Shown here piece by piece: positions 10,259 through 20,469 of a stretch of 64,000 bases of DNA. Origin of the DNA: an uncultured Gammaproteobacteria bacterium. Lineage in GTDB: Bacteria; Pseudomonadota; Gammaproteobacteria; DRLM01. Location: contig CAVSNY010000006.1 of NCBI GenBank assembly GCA_963729605.1, forward strand, positions 384,001 through 448,000, given 5' to 3'. The number at the start of each line of letters is the position of its first letter. Position 1 is the stretch's first letter. The notes beneath the pieces were generated by a model that saw only the letters and a list, made by a program, of their open reading frames with translations, did not search any database and was not told the origin of the DNA. Both the position numbers and the translations under genes were made by a program.

Positions 10259-11068
10259 TTAAAAACCCCGCGCCTCGCGGATGCGCTCATAGGCCGACCT
10301 GATTTGGTGCGTACGCTCGGCGGCCATCTTCATCATTTCCTCCGGCAAACCCTTGGCCACCAGTTTATCGGGGTGATGCTGACTCAATAAACGTCGGTAG
10401 GCCTTTTTGATCTCGTCGTCGCTGGACCGTGCCGTCACATTCAACACCGAGTAGGCGTCGGCCAGTGACGGTTTATTGTCCTGCGCCGCCCGTCCGGTTC
10501 CCTCGCCGAAACCGCGCGCGGCGGCGAGCATCGCCTCCAACTGGCCGAACTCCGCCGCGCTGAAGCCCAATTCACCGCTCACCCGCAACAGCAAGACTCG
10601 CTCGGCGGGATGCATCACCCCGTCGGCATACGCGGCCTGCAGCAACACTTCCAAAAACATCCGCAGCAAACTGCGCCGCCGCTGGCATTCCTGTTTGAAT
10701 TGAGCCAAGACTTGATTCAAGGGAAAATCGGCCCGCTTGCCTTCGTTGAACAAGCGCATCGCCGCCTGCTTCAATTCGGCGCTCAGGTTCAGGCGATCCA
10801 TCACCAGACGGGCGATCTCTATTTCATCCCGGCACACCCGCCCATCGGCCTTGGCCACATGGCCCATCACCGAAAAGGTCGCGGTGAAAAACGCCGCTTG
10901 CACCCGCTGCTGGTCGCCGGGATTCAAGCCGCCGTGCAAGACGTGCAGTGTGTATTCGGCGGCCTTGCGGTCCAAACCGTGCCCGAGCGCCACCCCGATC
11001 AACGCACCCAAGGGACCGCCGATCAAAAAACCCATGGCGCCGCCCAGCGCCTTTCCCCACCAACTCAC
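10259..11068 (-). CDS. djlA: Co-chaperone DjlA (TerB + J domain)
   Basis: WWGKALGG N-terminus, MGHVAKADGRV, J-domain KKAYRRLLSQHHPDK; GTG start with GGGAGG RBS. Confidence 0.96.
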   Translation of the reverse strand: MSWWGKALGGAMGFLIGGPLGALIGVALGHGLDRKAAEYTLHVLHGGLNPGDQQRVQAAFFTATFSVMGHVAKADGRVCRDEIEIARLVMDRLNLSAELKQAAMRLFNEGKRADFPLNQVLAQFKQECQRRRSLLRMFLEVLLQAAYADGVMHPAERVLLLRVSGELGFSAAEFGQLEAMLAAARGFGEGTGRAAQDNKPSLADAYSVLNVTARSSDDEIKKAYRRLLSQHHPDKLVAKGLPEEMMKMAAERTHQIRSAYERIREARGF

Positions 11069-11186
11069 GTTAGCCTCCCAAGCTGTAGAACAATCCTGAA
11101 AAACAGGGATCAAGCACGAAACGAAAATCTCCTGACTAAAGTCCGGCGTTGACGATCCGGCAAAATACATCAATCTGAAAACAATG

Positions 11187-11241
11187 GACCGCGGAGGACG
11201 CGGAGTTCACAGAGGAAAACAAGGGCTCCGCGTCCCGCGCG
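11187..11241. repeat. Short imperfect inverted repeat, likely member of an intergenic repeat family
   Basis: CCGCGGAGGACGCGGAG ... CTCCGCGTCCCGCGCG between djlA and the cupredoxin gene. Confidence 0.4.
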
Positions 11242-11358
11242 AAGTCACCCGGCGGGTGAACTCGCCAACGCCACACATTATCCTGATTTCCGCGCCCCCC
11301 AAGGTTGGCCGCTGCGATTTTCAGGATTAATCCCGTTACGTTTTATAGCGCGCCGTCC

Positions 11359-11715
11359 TTATTTCGCCACCAGGCTGCCGCGATACATCCGCATCTCGCA
11401 GGTAAAAATATATTCGCCCGGCGCCGGCGGCGTCAGCCGCAGCTCATACGGTTTACCGACCGGCAGATCGGCGCTCAACTTCAGTTTTTCGAAGATCACC
11501 TTTTCCGCGCAGGGGCTGGGATCCTTGCGCAAAAAACGCAGTACCAGCGGCTGTCCGGCCCGCACCTCGATGCGCGACGGCGTGTAGACGCCGTCCGCCA
11601 CCAGCACCGTCACCGGTACGTCGCCCGCGATCTGCGCGCGCGGCCGCGACAGCCAAAACCACCCGACGATGAGCAGGATCAACAACAGGCCCAGCAGATT
11701 CACCCACAGCGTCAT
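11359..11715 (-). CDS. Membrane-anchored cupredoxin (CupA-like Cu chaperone)
   Basis: N-terminal TM; [17 protein letters not shown] and [10 protein letters not shown] (CxMxM); translationally coupled to the Cu ATPase. Confidence 0.85.
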   Translation of the reverse strand: MTLWVNLLGLLLILLIVGWFWLSRPRAQIAGDVPVTVLVADGVYTPSRIEVRAGQPLVLRFLRKDPSPCAEKVIFEKLKLSADLPVGKPYELRLTPPAPGEYIFTCEMRMYRGSLVAK

Positions 11716-13973
11716 GCCGCGGCCTCGCGCACCTTGAACCAGCGCAGCCGGTTGGCGTTACTCACCACCGTCACCGACGACAAGGCCATCGCCGCGCCGG
11801 CGATCATGGGATTGAGCAACACACCGGCGAGCGGATACAGCACCCCCGCCGCCACCGGTATGCCGACGATGTTGTAAATGAACGCGCCGAACAGATTCTG
11901 TTTGATGTTGCGCAGGGTCACCTGCGACACGGCGATGGCATCGACCACGCCGTGCAGCGAACCGCTCATCAGCGCGATGTCGGCGCTCTCGATGGCGACA
12001 TCGGTGCCGGTGCCGATGGCGTAGCCCACATCGGCCTGCGCCAGGGCCGGCGCGTCGTTGACGCCGTCGCCCACCATCGCCACCACCGCGCCGGCCGCCT
12101 GCAATTCGGCGACGCGCGCCGCCTTGTCCTGCGGCAAGACCTCGGCGATGACCTCGTCGATACCCACCTGCCGCGCCACCGCCTCGGCGGTGAGCCGATG
12201 ATCGCCGGTGAGCATCACCACCTTCAAACCCAGCGCGCGCATGCGCGCGACGGCGGCCCGCGCATCGGCCTTGACCGGATCGGCCACCGCGACGAGCCCC
12301 GCCAACACCCCGTCCACCGCCAAATAGATGGGCGTGGCCGCCTCGCGCGCCAACGCGGTGATGTGCGCATCGGCCGCCGCCACCGTCACGCCGCGTTCAT
12401 CCATCAATTTACGATTGCCGAACAAGATTTGCCGAGCGCCGATTCGAGCAGACACACCGCGGCCCATGACGGCCTCGAAGCGTTCGACGGCGGATAAAGT
12501 CAGTTCGCGAGTCCGGGCGGCCGCCAACACCGCCGCCGCGAGGGGGTGCTCCGAACCGGTTTCCACGCTCGCCGCCAGTTGCAATAACGTCGCCTCATCC
12601 CAGTCTGACAGGGCGACGATGCGCGTCACCGCCGGCCGGCCCTCGGTCACCGTGCCGGTCTTGTCCACCACCACCGTGGTGAGCCGCGCCGCCTGCTGCA
12701 AGGCCTCGCCGTTGCGGATCAAGACGCCGTATTCCGCCGCCTTGCCGACGCCGACCATGATCGAGATCGGCGTCGCGAGGCCGAGCGCGCAGGGGCAGGC
12801 GATGATCAGCACGGTCATGGCGGTCACGATCGCGAAGCTGACCGCGGGCGCGGGACCGAAGTTGTACCAGGCCAGAAAGGTGATCGTCGCGACGATCATG
12901 ATGCCGGGCACGAACACCGCCGACACCCGGTCGGCCAAACGGCCGATGGCCGGCTTGCTGCCCTGGGCGCGCCGCACCATCTCGATGATGCGCGCCAGCA
13001 CCGTGTCGCGGCCGATGCGTTTGGCCTGGAACAAAAAGCTGCCGCCGAGGTTGATGGTGCCGCCCACCACCTCGTCACCCACGCGTTTGATCACCGGCAT
13101 GGGCTCGCCGGTCAACATCGATTCATCGACGTTCGACTCGCCGTCGATCACCACGCCGTCCACCGGCACCCGCTCGCCGGGCCGCACCCTCACGCTGTCG
13201 TCCAGCCCGACCTCGGCGAGCGGGATGTCGCGCTCCTCGCCGTTGCGCAGCACCCGCGCGGTCTTGGGCTGCAGGCCGATCAGGCGGCGGATGGCCTGCG
13301 AGGTGCGGCCGCGCGCGCGCATTTCCAGCGCGGCGCCGAAATTGACCAGGGCGATGATGATCGCCGCCGCCTCGAAATAGGCATGCCGGGCGAGGCTCGG
13401 CACCGCGTCGGGAAAGATCACCACCGCCATCGAATACGACCAGGCCGCGCCGGTGCCGAGGGCGATCAAGGTATCCATATTGGCGTTGTGAACCTTGAAG
13501 GCCTTCCACGCCGCGAGAAAGATGTGGCCGGCGGAATACACCATCGCCGCCAGGGTCGCCAGGCCCGCCGCCAGCCAAAACCCGCGGCCGCTACCGTCAC
13601 TCAAGGACGGCAGCCAGCCCGACAGGTCACCGATCATCAGCGGCGCGCCAACGGCACCCGCCACCATCGCTTTGTTGAGTAAACGCCGGTAATGGGCCGC
13701 CTCGATCGCCTGTTTTTCATCCTCGTCCTCGACACCGCGCAGCTCCGCGGCGTCGTAGCCGGCGGCTTTGACCGCGGCAACCAGTTCGGCGGAACCCGCC
13801 TCGCCGCTCACCGACGCGGTACGCTCCACCAGATTCACCGCGGCCTCGCGCACGCCCGGCACGGCGCGCAGCGCGGTCTCCACCGACGCGACGCAACCCG
13901 CGCAGCTCATACCGGCGATCGACAGCCTGATCGGGCCAGGCTCCTGGGCGGCATGTTGGAAAGAATCGCTCAT
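11712..13973 (-). CDS. copA: Cu(I)-translocating P1B-1 ATPase
   Basis: [47 protein letters not shown]. Confidence 0.93.
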   Translation of the reverse strand: MSDSFQHAAQEPGPIRLSIAGMSCAGCVASVETALRAVPGVREAAVNLVERTASVSGEAGSAELVAAVKAAGYDAAELRGVEDEDEKQAIEAAHYRRLLNKAMVAGAVGAPLMIGDLSGWLPSLSDGSGRGFWLAAGLATLAAMVYSAGHIFLAAWKAFKVHNANMDTLIALGTGAAWSYSMAVVIFPDAVPSLARHAYFEAAAIIIALVNFGAALEMRARGRTSQAIRRLIGLQPKTARVLRNGEERDIPLAEVGLDDSVRVRPGERVPVDGVVIDGESNVDESMLTGEPMPVIKRVGDEVVGGTINLGGSFLFQAKRIGRDTVLARIIEMVRRAQGSKPAIGRLADRVSAVFVPGIMIVATITFLAWYNFGPAPAVSFAIVTAMTVLIIACPCALGLATPISIMVGVGKAAEYGVLIRNGEALQQAARLTTVVVDKTGTVTEGRPAVTRIVALSDWDEATLLQLAASVETGSEHPLAAAVLAAARTRELTLSAVERFEAVMGRGVSARIGARQILFGNRKLMDERGVTVAAADAHITALAREAATPIYLAVDGVLAGLVAVADPVKADARAAVARMRALGLKVVMLTGDHRLTAEAVARQVGIDEVIAEVLPQDKAARVAELQAAGAVVAMVGDGVNDAPALAQADVGYAIGTGTDVAIESADIALMSGSLHGVVDAIAVSQVTLRNIKQNLFGAFIYNIVGIPVAAGVLYPLAGVLLNPMIAGAAMALSSVTVVSNANRLRWFKVREAAA

Positions 13974-14261
13974 AAGCGGGCTAGCTTACACTCATTCAAT
14001 GAGCACTTTCAGGCCGGCCGGCGCGACTACAAACAAAAGGCTTGATTTACCGCGACGAAACACCGTAGATTCAAGGCGGACAGTGCGTGGCAAAGGGATG
14101 CTGGCGCGCCACTTTCGCCCTTCACGGCGGCGCCCGTTTTACCGGCCGGCCTCGACCGGCCACTTTAAAAAGGCACACCGGTGCCGTAACCCTGTGGCAA
14201 GCTGAATTACCGTGATACCGTGCGGCTGATCGACCCGCGGGACAAGAGAGGGACTGGAGAA

Positions 14262-15137
14262 ATGAGTCTGAGTCCAAAAGAAATGGTGGCCGGCGCCATC
14301 GAAATCGCATCCCTGCCCGAAGTGTTCCTGAGGGTTAATGAAATGATCGACAGCCCGCGTTATTCCGCGGCGGACATCAGCACCGTCATCAGCAGCGACC
14401 CCGGCCTCACCGCCCGCCTGCTCAAGATCGTCAACAGCGCCTTTTACAGCTTCCCCTCGCAGATCGACAGCATCTCGCGGGCCATCACCATCATCGGCAC
14501 CCGCGAACTGCGCGACCTGATCCTCGCGACCTCGGTGGTGCGGGTCTTCAAAGGCATTCCCAACGATTTGGTCACCATGGACGATTTCTGGCGCCACAGC
14601 ATTTGCTGCGGTCTCGCCGCCCGCGCCCTCGCCACCAAACGCGGCGAACGGCTGGTCGAGCGTTTCTTCGTCGCCGGCCTGCTCCACGACATCGGCAGCC
14701 TGCTCATCTACCGCAAAATCCCCGAACTGGCGCGCGAGGCCCTGCTGCGCTGCCAGCACAACGACGTGCCTTTGTACCGCGTCGAACAGGACATCATGGG
14801 TTTCGACCACGCGGCGGTGGGCGGCGAAATCCTCCGCAAGTGGAAACTGCCGGAGCATTTGCAAGAGGCGGTGGAATTTCATCACACGCCGAGCCGGGCC
14901 GAGCGCTTCCCGCGCGACACCGCGCTGATCCACATCGCCGACGTCGTCGCCGACGCCATGCAATACGGCAATTCCGGCGACCCGCGGGTCCCGCCGATGG
15001 ACGCCGACGCCTGGCGCTTCGCGGAACTCAACGACGACATCATCGCCTCGGTGATGGAGGACGTGGAAAAGCAATTCTCGGCCAGCCTGGAGCTGATCCG
15101 CGCCGAACCGCCCAACGTCATCGCCAAGATTCATTGA
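14262..15137 (+). CDS. Stand-alone HDOD domain protein
   Basis: SLPEV, DPGLTARLLKIVNSAFY, FWRHS, AGLLHDIG, DHAAVGG...WKLP; GGAGA RBS. Confidence 0.9.
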   Translation: MSLSPKEMVAGAIEIASLPEVFLRVNEMIDSPRYSAADISTVISSDPGLTARLLKIVNSAFYSFPSQIDSISRAITIIGTRELRDLILATSVVRVFKGIPNDLVTMDDFWRHSICCGLAARALATKRGERLVERFFVAGLLHDIGSLLIYRKIPELAREALLRCQHNDVPLYRVEQDIMGFDHAAVGGEILRKWKLPEHLQEAVEFHHTPSRAERFPRDTALIHIADVVADAMQYGNSGDPRVPPMDADAWRFAELNDDIIASVMEDVEKQFSASLELIRAEPPNVIAKIH

Positions 15138-15281
15138 GCGCGGGCGCTGTACGAAACATCCCTTGGCCGCCAAGTACGCCAAAAAGAAAAACCCCCTCTT
15201 CATTGGAAATCTTTTTAAAAGCGTCCTTGGCGTATTTGGCGCCTGGCGGGTCAATCGCGTTTTGACTTCCTCCACACGACC

Positions 15282-16982
15282 TCAGCGCAAATACGCCTCG
15301 CTGGCGTAGCGGCGCATCATGCGATGCGAGTTGAAGAACGAGGCGTTCTTGCAGATGGCGCCCTTCATCACCGCCACCCAGCCCGGCTGATTGGTGTAAT
15401 ACAGCGGCAGCACGACGTTTTCGAGTTTTGCGTATAAGGCCTGCGCGTCGTCGCCGTTGGCGGAGTCGCTGCTGTCGCCGATAGCCCAGCCGGTCACACC
15501 TTCGATGCAGGCCTCGACCCACCAGCCGTCGAGCACGCTCAGTTGCGGCACGCCGTTGAACGCGGCCTTCATGCCGCTGGTGCCGCTCGCCTCCAAAGGC
15601 CGCAACGGGGTATTCACCCACACATCGGCGCCCGCCACCAGATCCAAGGCCAACGCCATGTCGTAACCGGGCAAAAAGGCGCCGCGCACATCCCCCGCCA
15701 ATTCGCGAAAATGGAGGTGGGCCTGGGTGATCAGGCCTTTTCCACCCTCGTCGCGCGGATGGGCCTTGCCGGCCATCACCAGTTGAAACGGCCATTGCTG
15801 CGCGATGTTTTTTAAACGCGCCACATCGGAGAACAGCAGGTCGGGGCGCTTGTACGCGGTCATGCGCCGGGCGAAGCCGAGGATGGGCACCTTGGGATTG
15901 AGCGTGACGCCGGTGAGCGTCTTCACCTTGTCGATGAGCCTGGCCTTGGCCGCGCGGTGCGCCTCCCAGATCGCGGCGTCGGGGATGCAGCAATCGGCGC
16001 GGATCAGCAGCTCCGGCTCGTGGCTCCAGCCGGGCAGATGCAGATCGAACAATTTATTGAAACTCGGGCTGGTCCAGGTGTGGGGATGCACGCCGTTGGT
16101 CACCGCACGCACCCGGTAACCGGGAAACATGCGGCGCGACACCTCGGCGTGGCTTTTGGCCACGCCGTTGACGTAATCGCTCAAGTTGAGCGCCAGCCGC
16201 GTCATATTCAACGCGTCGTCGCCGGCCAGGCGCTTCAACGTGACCAGGTCCAGATAATCCTCGCCCAACACCCGCCGCACCAGATCGTAGGAGAAGCGGT
16301 CGTGGCCGGCCTCCACCGGGGTGTGGGTCGTGAAGTTGCACAGCTCGCGCACCCGTGGAATATCGTAAGGCGATTCCCCCGGCCGCAACTCCGTGGGAGG
16401 AAAGGCGTAACGGTTCAACAATTCCGCCGCGAGCAGGGCCGAGTGGCCTTCGTTCATGTGATATTGGCTGATGGTCAAACCCAGCGCCTGCAAGAGGCGC
16501 ACGCCGCCGATACCCAGTATCACCTCTTGTTTGAGGCGATACACCTCATCACCGCCATACAGAAAACGGGTGAGCTGGCGATCGTCTTCGCCGTTCTCGT
16601 CCAGATCGGTGTCGAGCAGGATGACCGGTTCAGAGCTGTCGTCGGTGAGGCCGCGCACCAGATATAACCACGCCCCCACCCAGACCCGCCGCCCCTCGAT
16701 GGTCACCACCACCTTGGCGTCCAAGGGCGTGGCCGCCGCGGCCGGATTCCAGGCATCGGGCAATTCACGCTGGCGGCCTTGTTCATCCAGTTCTTGCCGG
16801 AAATAACCGGCGCTGCTGACCAAGGTCACCGCCACCATCGGGATTTCCAAATCGGCGGCGGAACGCAGCGTATCGCCCGCCAGCACCCCCAACCCGCCCG
16901 CGTAGGTGGGGATATCGGACCGCAAGGCGATCTCCATGGAGAAATAAGCGAAACGCGGACCGTAGGTATAACGTTGCAACAT
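15282..16982 (-). CDS. glgP: Alpha-glucan (glycogen) phosphorylase, short type
   Basis: AYFSMEI, YAGGLGVLAGD, HMNEGH, FARRMTAYKR, GKAHPRD, PLP motif EASGTSGMK. Confidence 0.93.
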   Translation of the reverse strand: MLQRYTYGPRFAYFSMEIALRSDIPTYAGGLGVLAGDTLRSAADLEIPMVAVTLVSSAGYFRQELDEQGRQRELPDAWNPAAAATPLDAKVVVTIEGRRVWVGAWLYLVRGLTDDSSEPVILLDTDLDENGEDDRQLTRFLYGGDEVYRLKQEVILGIGGVRLLQALGLTISQYHMNEGHSALLAAELLNRYAFPPTELRPGESPYDIPRVRELCNFTTHTPVEAGHDRFSYDLVRRVLGEDYLDLVTLKRLAGDDALNMTRLALNLSDYVNGVAKSHAEVSRRMFPGYRVRAVTNGVHPHTWTSPSFNKLFDLHLPGWSHEPELLIRADCCIPDAAIWEAHRAAKARLIDKVKTLTGVTLNPKVPILGFARRMTAYKRPDLLFSDVARLKNIAQQWPFQLVMAGKAHPRDEGGKGLITQAHLHFRELAGDVRGAFLPGYDMALALDLVAGADVWVNTPLRPLEASGTSGMKAAFNGVPQLSVLDGWWVEACIEGVTGWAIGDSSDSANGDDAQALYAKLENVVLPLYYTNQPGWVAVMKGAICKNASFFNSHRMMRRYASEAYLR

Positions 16983-17088
16983 CGGCGCCCCCCCGTGACT
17001 GGCCCGGATATCCTGCGCTCGGCGCGGGCGGATCACAAGGCGCGCCATGACCGCCGAGCGCGCCGTACGTCAACGTCAATTCATGAGA

Positions 17089-18021
17089 TCAAGACAGGTG
17101 TTGCTCGGCGGCCTTGACGCCCGCGCCGTCGGCCGACCGCGGCCAAGCCGGCAATAAACTCGCCAGCCCCGGCCCCAACACCCGCTCGGTTTGCGCCATG
17201 GCCGCCGCCTGCACCTCGGGGCCGCCTTTGCTCAACGGCCAACGCAGCTCGGGCAGCGACGGCTCCAGGGCGATGACCGTCGCGCCGCAACCGGCCGGGC
17301 AGCGATGAACGCTGAAGGGCTCCCCGCTCAAATACCAGGGCCGGCGACGGTACAGCAAAAGATAGAGTATCTCCACCATCGACCACGGACCGTTCACGGC
17401 CCGCTCCAAACCGGCCCGCCCCTCGCGATTCGCCGAGACGTGATGCAGAATCAAGGAATCCAGCCCGTGCTTGCAACAAAGCGACTCGCTGGGGGCCAGT
17501 TCGATGGTCGCGCCGTCGGCGAACAACTCGCCGTCGATCGTCACCGGCCGGTACAACACCGGCATGGCGGCGCTGGCCATGATGCGCGGCGCCAGCACGC
17601 CGCTGGAAAAACACGTCTTGGCGCCGGTGCTCAAATTCATGGCCAAGGCATAAAACGGGATGCGGCATTCTTCGAAGGTCTGCGCCGCGAGATGGCGCCG
17701 CACGAAATCCATCGCCGCCGCGGTATCGGACAAGCCGGTATACCCGCGCCCCTTGTGCACCGCCAACTGCCAGGCCAGGCGCAGCCAGCCGTCGGGGGTC
17801 CAATATTCCGCGGCCCGCACCTGGGCGATCGCCGCCGCCCACTTCGCCAACGGTGTGCCGCTCGCCGCCACCCCACCCACCAGCGCGCCCGCGCTGCAAC
17901 CGGAAACGGCGCTCACGGCGATACCCAATTTCTCCAAGGCCAGTAAAAAGCCGGTGTGGGCGTACACGCCGCGGCCGCCGCCGGCACTCAGCACCACGCC
18001 GACCCGGGGACTTTGGCTCAT
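17089..18021 (-). CDS. Patatin-like phospholipase
   Basis: LSAGGGRG oxyanion loop, GCSAG nucleophile, ASAAMP, DGA. Confidence 0.88.
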   Translation of the reverse strand: MSQSPRVGVVLSAGGGRGVYAHTGFLLALEKLGIAVSAVSGCSAGALVGGVAASGTPLAKWAAAIAQVRAAEYWTPDGWLRLAWQLAVHKGRGYTGLSDTAAAMDFVRRHLAAQTFEECRIPFYALAMNLSTGAKTCFSSGVLAPRIMASAAMPVLYRPVTIDGELFADGATIELAPSESLCCKHGLDSLILHHVSANREGRAGLERAVNGPWSMVEILYLLLYRRRPWYLSGEPFSVHRCPAGCGATVIALEPSLPELRWPLSKGGPEVQAAAMAQTERVLGPGLASLLPAWPRSADGAGVKAAEQHLS

Positions 18022-18183
18022 TTTGATTCGATCACTCATAGAAACAAACCGGAAACATCGTGATGGCGCGACCGGGCACGCTGCGTCCCGGCCCCTCTGG
18101 TAAATGCGAAGACTAAAAACGCCCAATTCAATTCCGTCGCCGACGGACGGCGCGGCGGCTTTTCATTACATCCCGCGGCCGGC

Positions 18184-18651
18184 TTATTTTCCCAAGGAAC
18201 GCTGCTGCATATCGTACCACGCGGCATACACCGGATCGGGCCAGCGCGATTGAAACCATTCGACCACCGCCGCGATCTCCTGTTCCGATAATTTGTCGCC
18301 CCATGCCGGCATCTTGCCTTGGCCCGGCGGACTGCCGTCACGAATCATGGCGCGCAGCATCGCCGTGGGATGGTGCCATTCATGACCGCTGCCGTTGAGC
18401 GGCGGCGGCGGAAAAAATCCGTCCGCGTCACGCTGCCGCCAATTGGGCGCGCCTTCGCCGTTCGCGCCGTGACAGATCGCGCAGTGCTGCGCGAACACCC
18501 GTTGCCCCAAGGCCAACTGCTGCGGATCATAATCGCGCACCGCGTTGCTGCCGGCCAGGGTCTCCACGCCCGCCGGACCGCGGCCCACATCACACCCGCT
18601 CAACACCAAGCACGCGATTGCTACAAACCGGATCCATGGCCAGTCAATCAT
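18184..18651 (-). CDS. Monoheme class I cytochrome c lipoprotein
   Basis: Lipobox LSGC, CAICH, PPPPLNGSGHEWHH, axial Met in MPAW. Confidence 0.9.
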   Translation of the reverse strand: MIDWPWIRFVAIACLVLSGCDVGRGPAGVETLAGSNAVRDYDPQQLALGQRVFAQHCAICHGANGEGAPNWRQRDADGFFPPPPLNGSGHEWHHPTAMLRAMIRDGSPPGQGKMPAWGDKLSEQEIAAVVEWFQSRWPDPVYAAWYDMQQRSLGK

Positions 18652-18789
18652 GGCATCTCACCTGTCGCGCACCGCCATAAAAGAAACCAAGAATAAATCT
18701 CCTCGCTAAAAATAATCTCCGCGACGTCGAAAATCCGCGATGGATTTTCTCAAGCCCTGGCTAAAGCATAGCCGTGATTCCCGCCATCG

Positions 18790-19218
18790 CTACCTTTCAA
18801 AGTGATCCGCGTGTTCATCATGTGGAAGGTTCATTTGTCGCACCGACTCGCCGCAGCGCGCCCGGGTCGCACGATCGACCATGATCCGCGGATTGCCGAG
18901 CAGACGCTGACACGACGCTTCAACCGACAGCGTATTCGCCGCTTCATACCGCGCCGGGAATTCGGGCACGGGCAACATTTCCCAGCGCGACTCTTCATGC
19001 GGTTTGGGATTATCCCGGCTCAAATAAGACCACGGTCCATGTACCACCGGCGGCGAGTCATCCTGCTTCGAAGCGGCAGAGTCGATCGCTGCGCTGGGCA
19101 CCGGTTGCGAAGACGCGTCCATGCCGTGATGATGGTGTTGCCCCGCCTCTTCCGCGGTTACGATGGACCCGCCGCTCGACAGGCCGGCGCATAAAATAAT
19201 TACGGCAAACGGTTTCAT
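18790..19218 (-). CDS. Exported His-rich protein, possible metal chaperone
   Basis: Signal peptide, GQHHHHGM, a Cys pair, C-terminal HDEHADH; starts 2 bp after the barrel gene stop. Confidence 0.65.
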   Translation of the reverse strand: MKPFAVIILCAGLSSGGSIVTAEEAGQHHHHGMDASSQPVPSAAIDSAASKQDDSPPVVHGPWSYLSRDNPKPHEESRWEMLPVPEFPARYEAANTLSVEASCQRLLGNPRIMVDRATRARCGESVRQMNLPHDEHADHFER

Positions 19219-19220
19219 GG

Positions 19221-20459
19221 CTATTCTCCAAAACCGGCGGGGCCGGTGCCGCCCATAGTGTGTTCGAAGTCGAGCAGGCCGCCACGCTCGGCCACCGACT
19301 CGTTGAAGGTCATGTCGAAGGCGAATACCAGTCCGACCTGCACGCGATGCTCCGAGTCATAACCCAGTGCGGCGGCCAAGGTGTCGTCGTTGCGGCGATA
19401 AAAATATTGCGCCGCGACATCCACGCCGCTGCCGAGGCGATAGACATAACTCGCGCCGGCCAGCAGCGCGCCGGCGTGATTGAAATCGCCGTAGTCCTGC
19501 CAGGCCGCCAGCAAGGCGGTTCGCCAGCGGGTTTGCAGATGGGGACGGTGGGCATAACGCAAGGCCGCCGCGACGCTGGTGAGCGCGGCGCGCGCTCGTG
19601 CCGCGGGGTTGTCGAGCGCGGCGACGTCTTCACCTGAACGCACGATGGCCTGCGCATCGGCCACCCATTCGCCTTCGGGATCGTCATTGAGATGGTAAGA
19701 CAGCGCCGCCAGCAGCGAGGTCACCGCGACGTTGTCCAACCCAGCAACGGCACGGGCGTTTTGCTGATCGACGCGCAGCGCGGCGTAACGCAGCCCCCGT
19801 TCCACTTTAAATGCCACCGGCAATTCATAAGCGACCCCGATGGACGCGCCGTTGAAATCCTGCGCGCCCACCGCGCCGCCCGCATCGCGTTCGGCGCGCC
19901 CGGTGACGGCCGCATCGAACCTCCAGGCCGGGCGCCACCACCACGCCGCCTGTATGAGGTTGCCGAATACTTGATCTTCTTCCGCCAGCGAGACCGAAGA
20001 GGCATTGGCGACCACGGTAAAATCCAACAAGTCGTCTTCGCGCAGCACCGGAAAATGCAAGAGCGTGTTGGGCAGCCGATGACGGCCCATGACCAAATCA
20101 TAACGCGGCCCGCCGATACCGACGTAAGCCTGCGACACGAACATACCTTCGCTGATTTCCCGCTGCTCTTCCACAATTCGCAAACCCAATCCGGCGTACC
20201 CATACTGCCCGGGCTTGAACAGATATTTGCTGAAGCCGAGCAGCAGGCTGCTGTCGCCGATATCGAGTTCGGTGTCTTGTTCATCACCGCCGTCGGTTGC
20301 GTCCCGCGCATTGGTATTCAACGTGACGACGGCCCGCCCGCCGATAGTGAATTCGGGAAACACCTCCGGATCGAGCTCCAGGGCGAACGCACTCTGATTC
20401 ACCAGCAGACCCAGCGCCAGGGCGCCGCCGATTTTTAAACGGGTTTTCATCTTCCGCAT
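19221..20459 (-). CDS. Outer-membrane beta-barrel / porin-like protein
   Basis: Signal peptide ending AFA; porin-like GDSSLLLGFSK and SQAYVGIGG; many alternating amphipathic strands ending VQVGLVFAF, followed by a tail. Confidence 0.7.
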   Translation of the reverse strand: MRKMKTRLKIGGALALGLLVNQSAFALELDPEVFPEFTIGGRAVVTLNTNARDATDGGDEQDTELDIGDSSLLLGFSKYLFKPGQYGYAGLGLRIVEEQREISEGMFVSQAYVGIGGPRYDLVMGRHRLPNTLLHFPVLREDDLLDFTVVANASSVSLAEEDQVFGNLIQAAWWWRPAWRFDAAVTGRAERDAGGAVGAQDFNGASIGVAYELPVAFKVERGLRYAALRVDQQNARAVAGLDNVAVTSLLAALSYHLNDDPEGEWVADAQAIVRSGEDVAALDNPAARARAALTSVAAALRYAHRPHLQTRWRTALLAAWQDYGDFNHAGALLAGASYVYRLGSGVDVAAQYFYRRNDDTLAAALGYDSEHRVQVGLVFAFDMTFNESVAERGGLLDFEHTMGGTGPAGFGE

Positions 20460-20469
20460 GACCCGCCCC

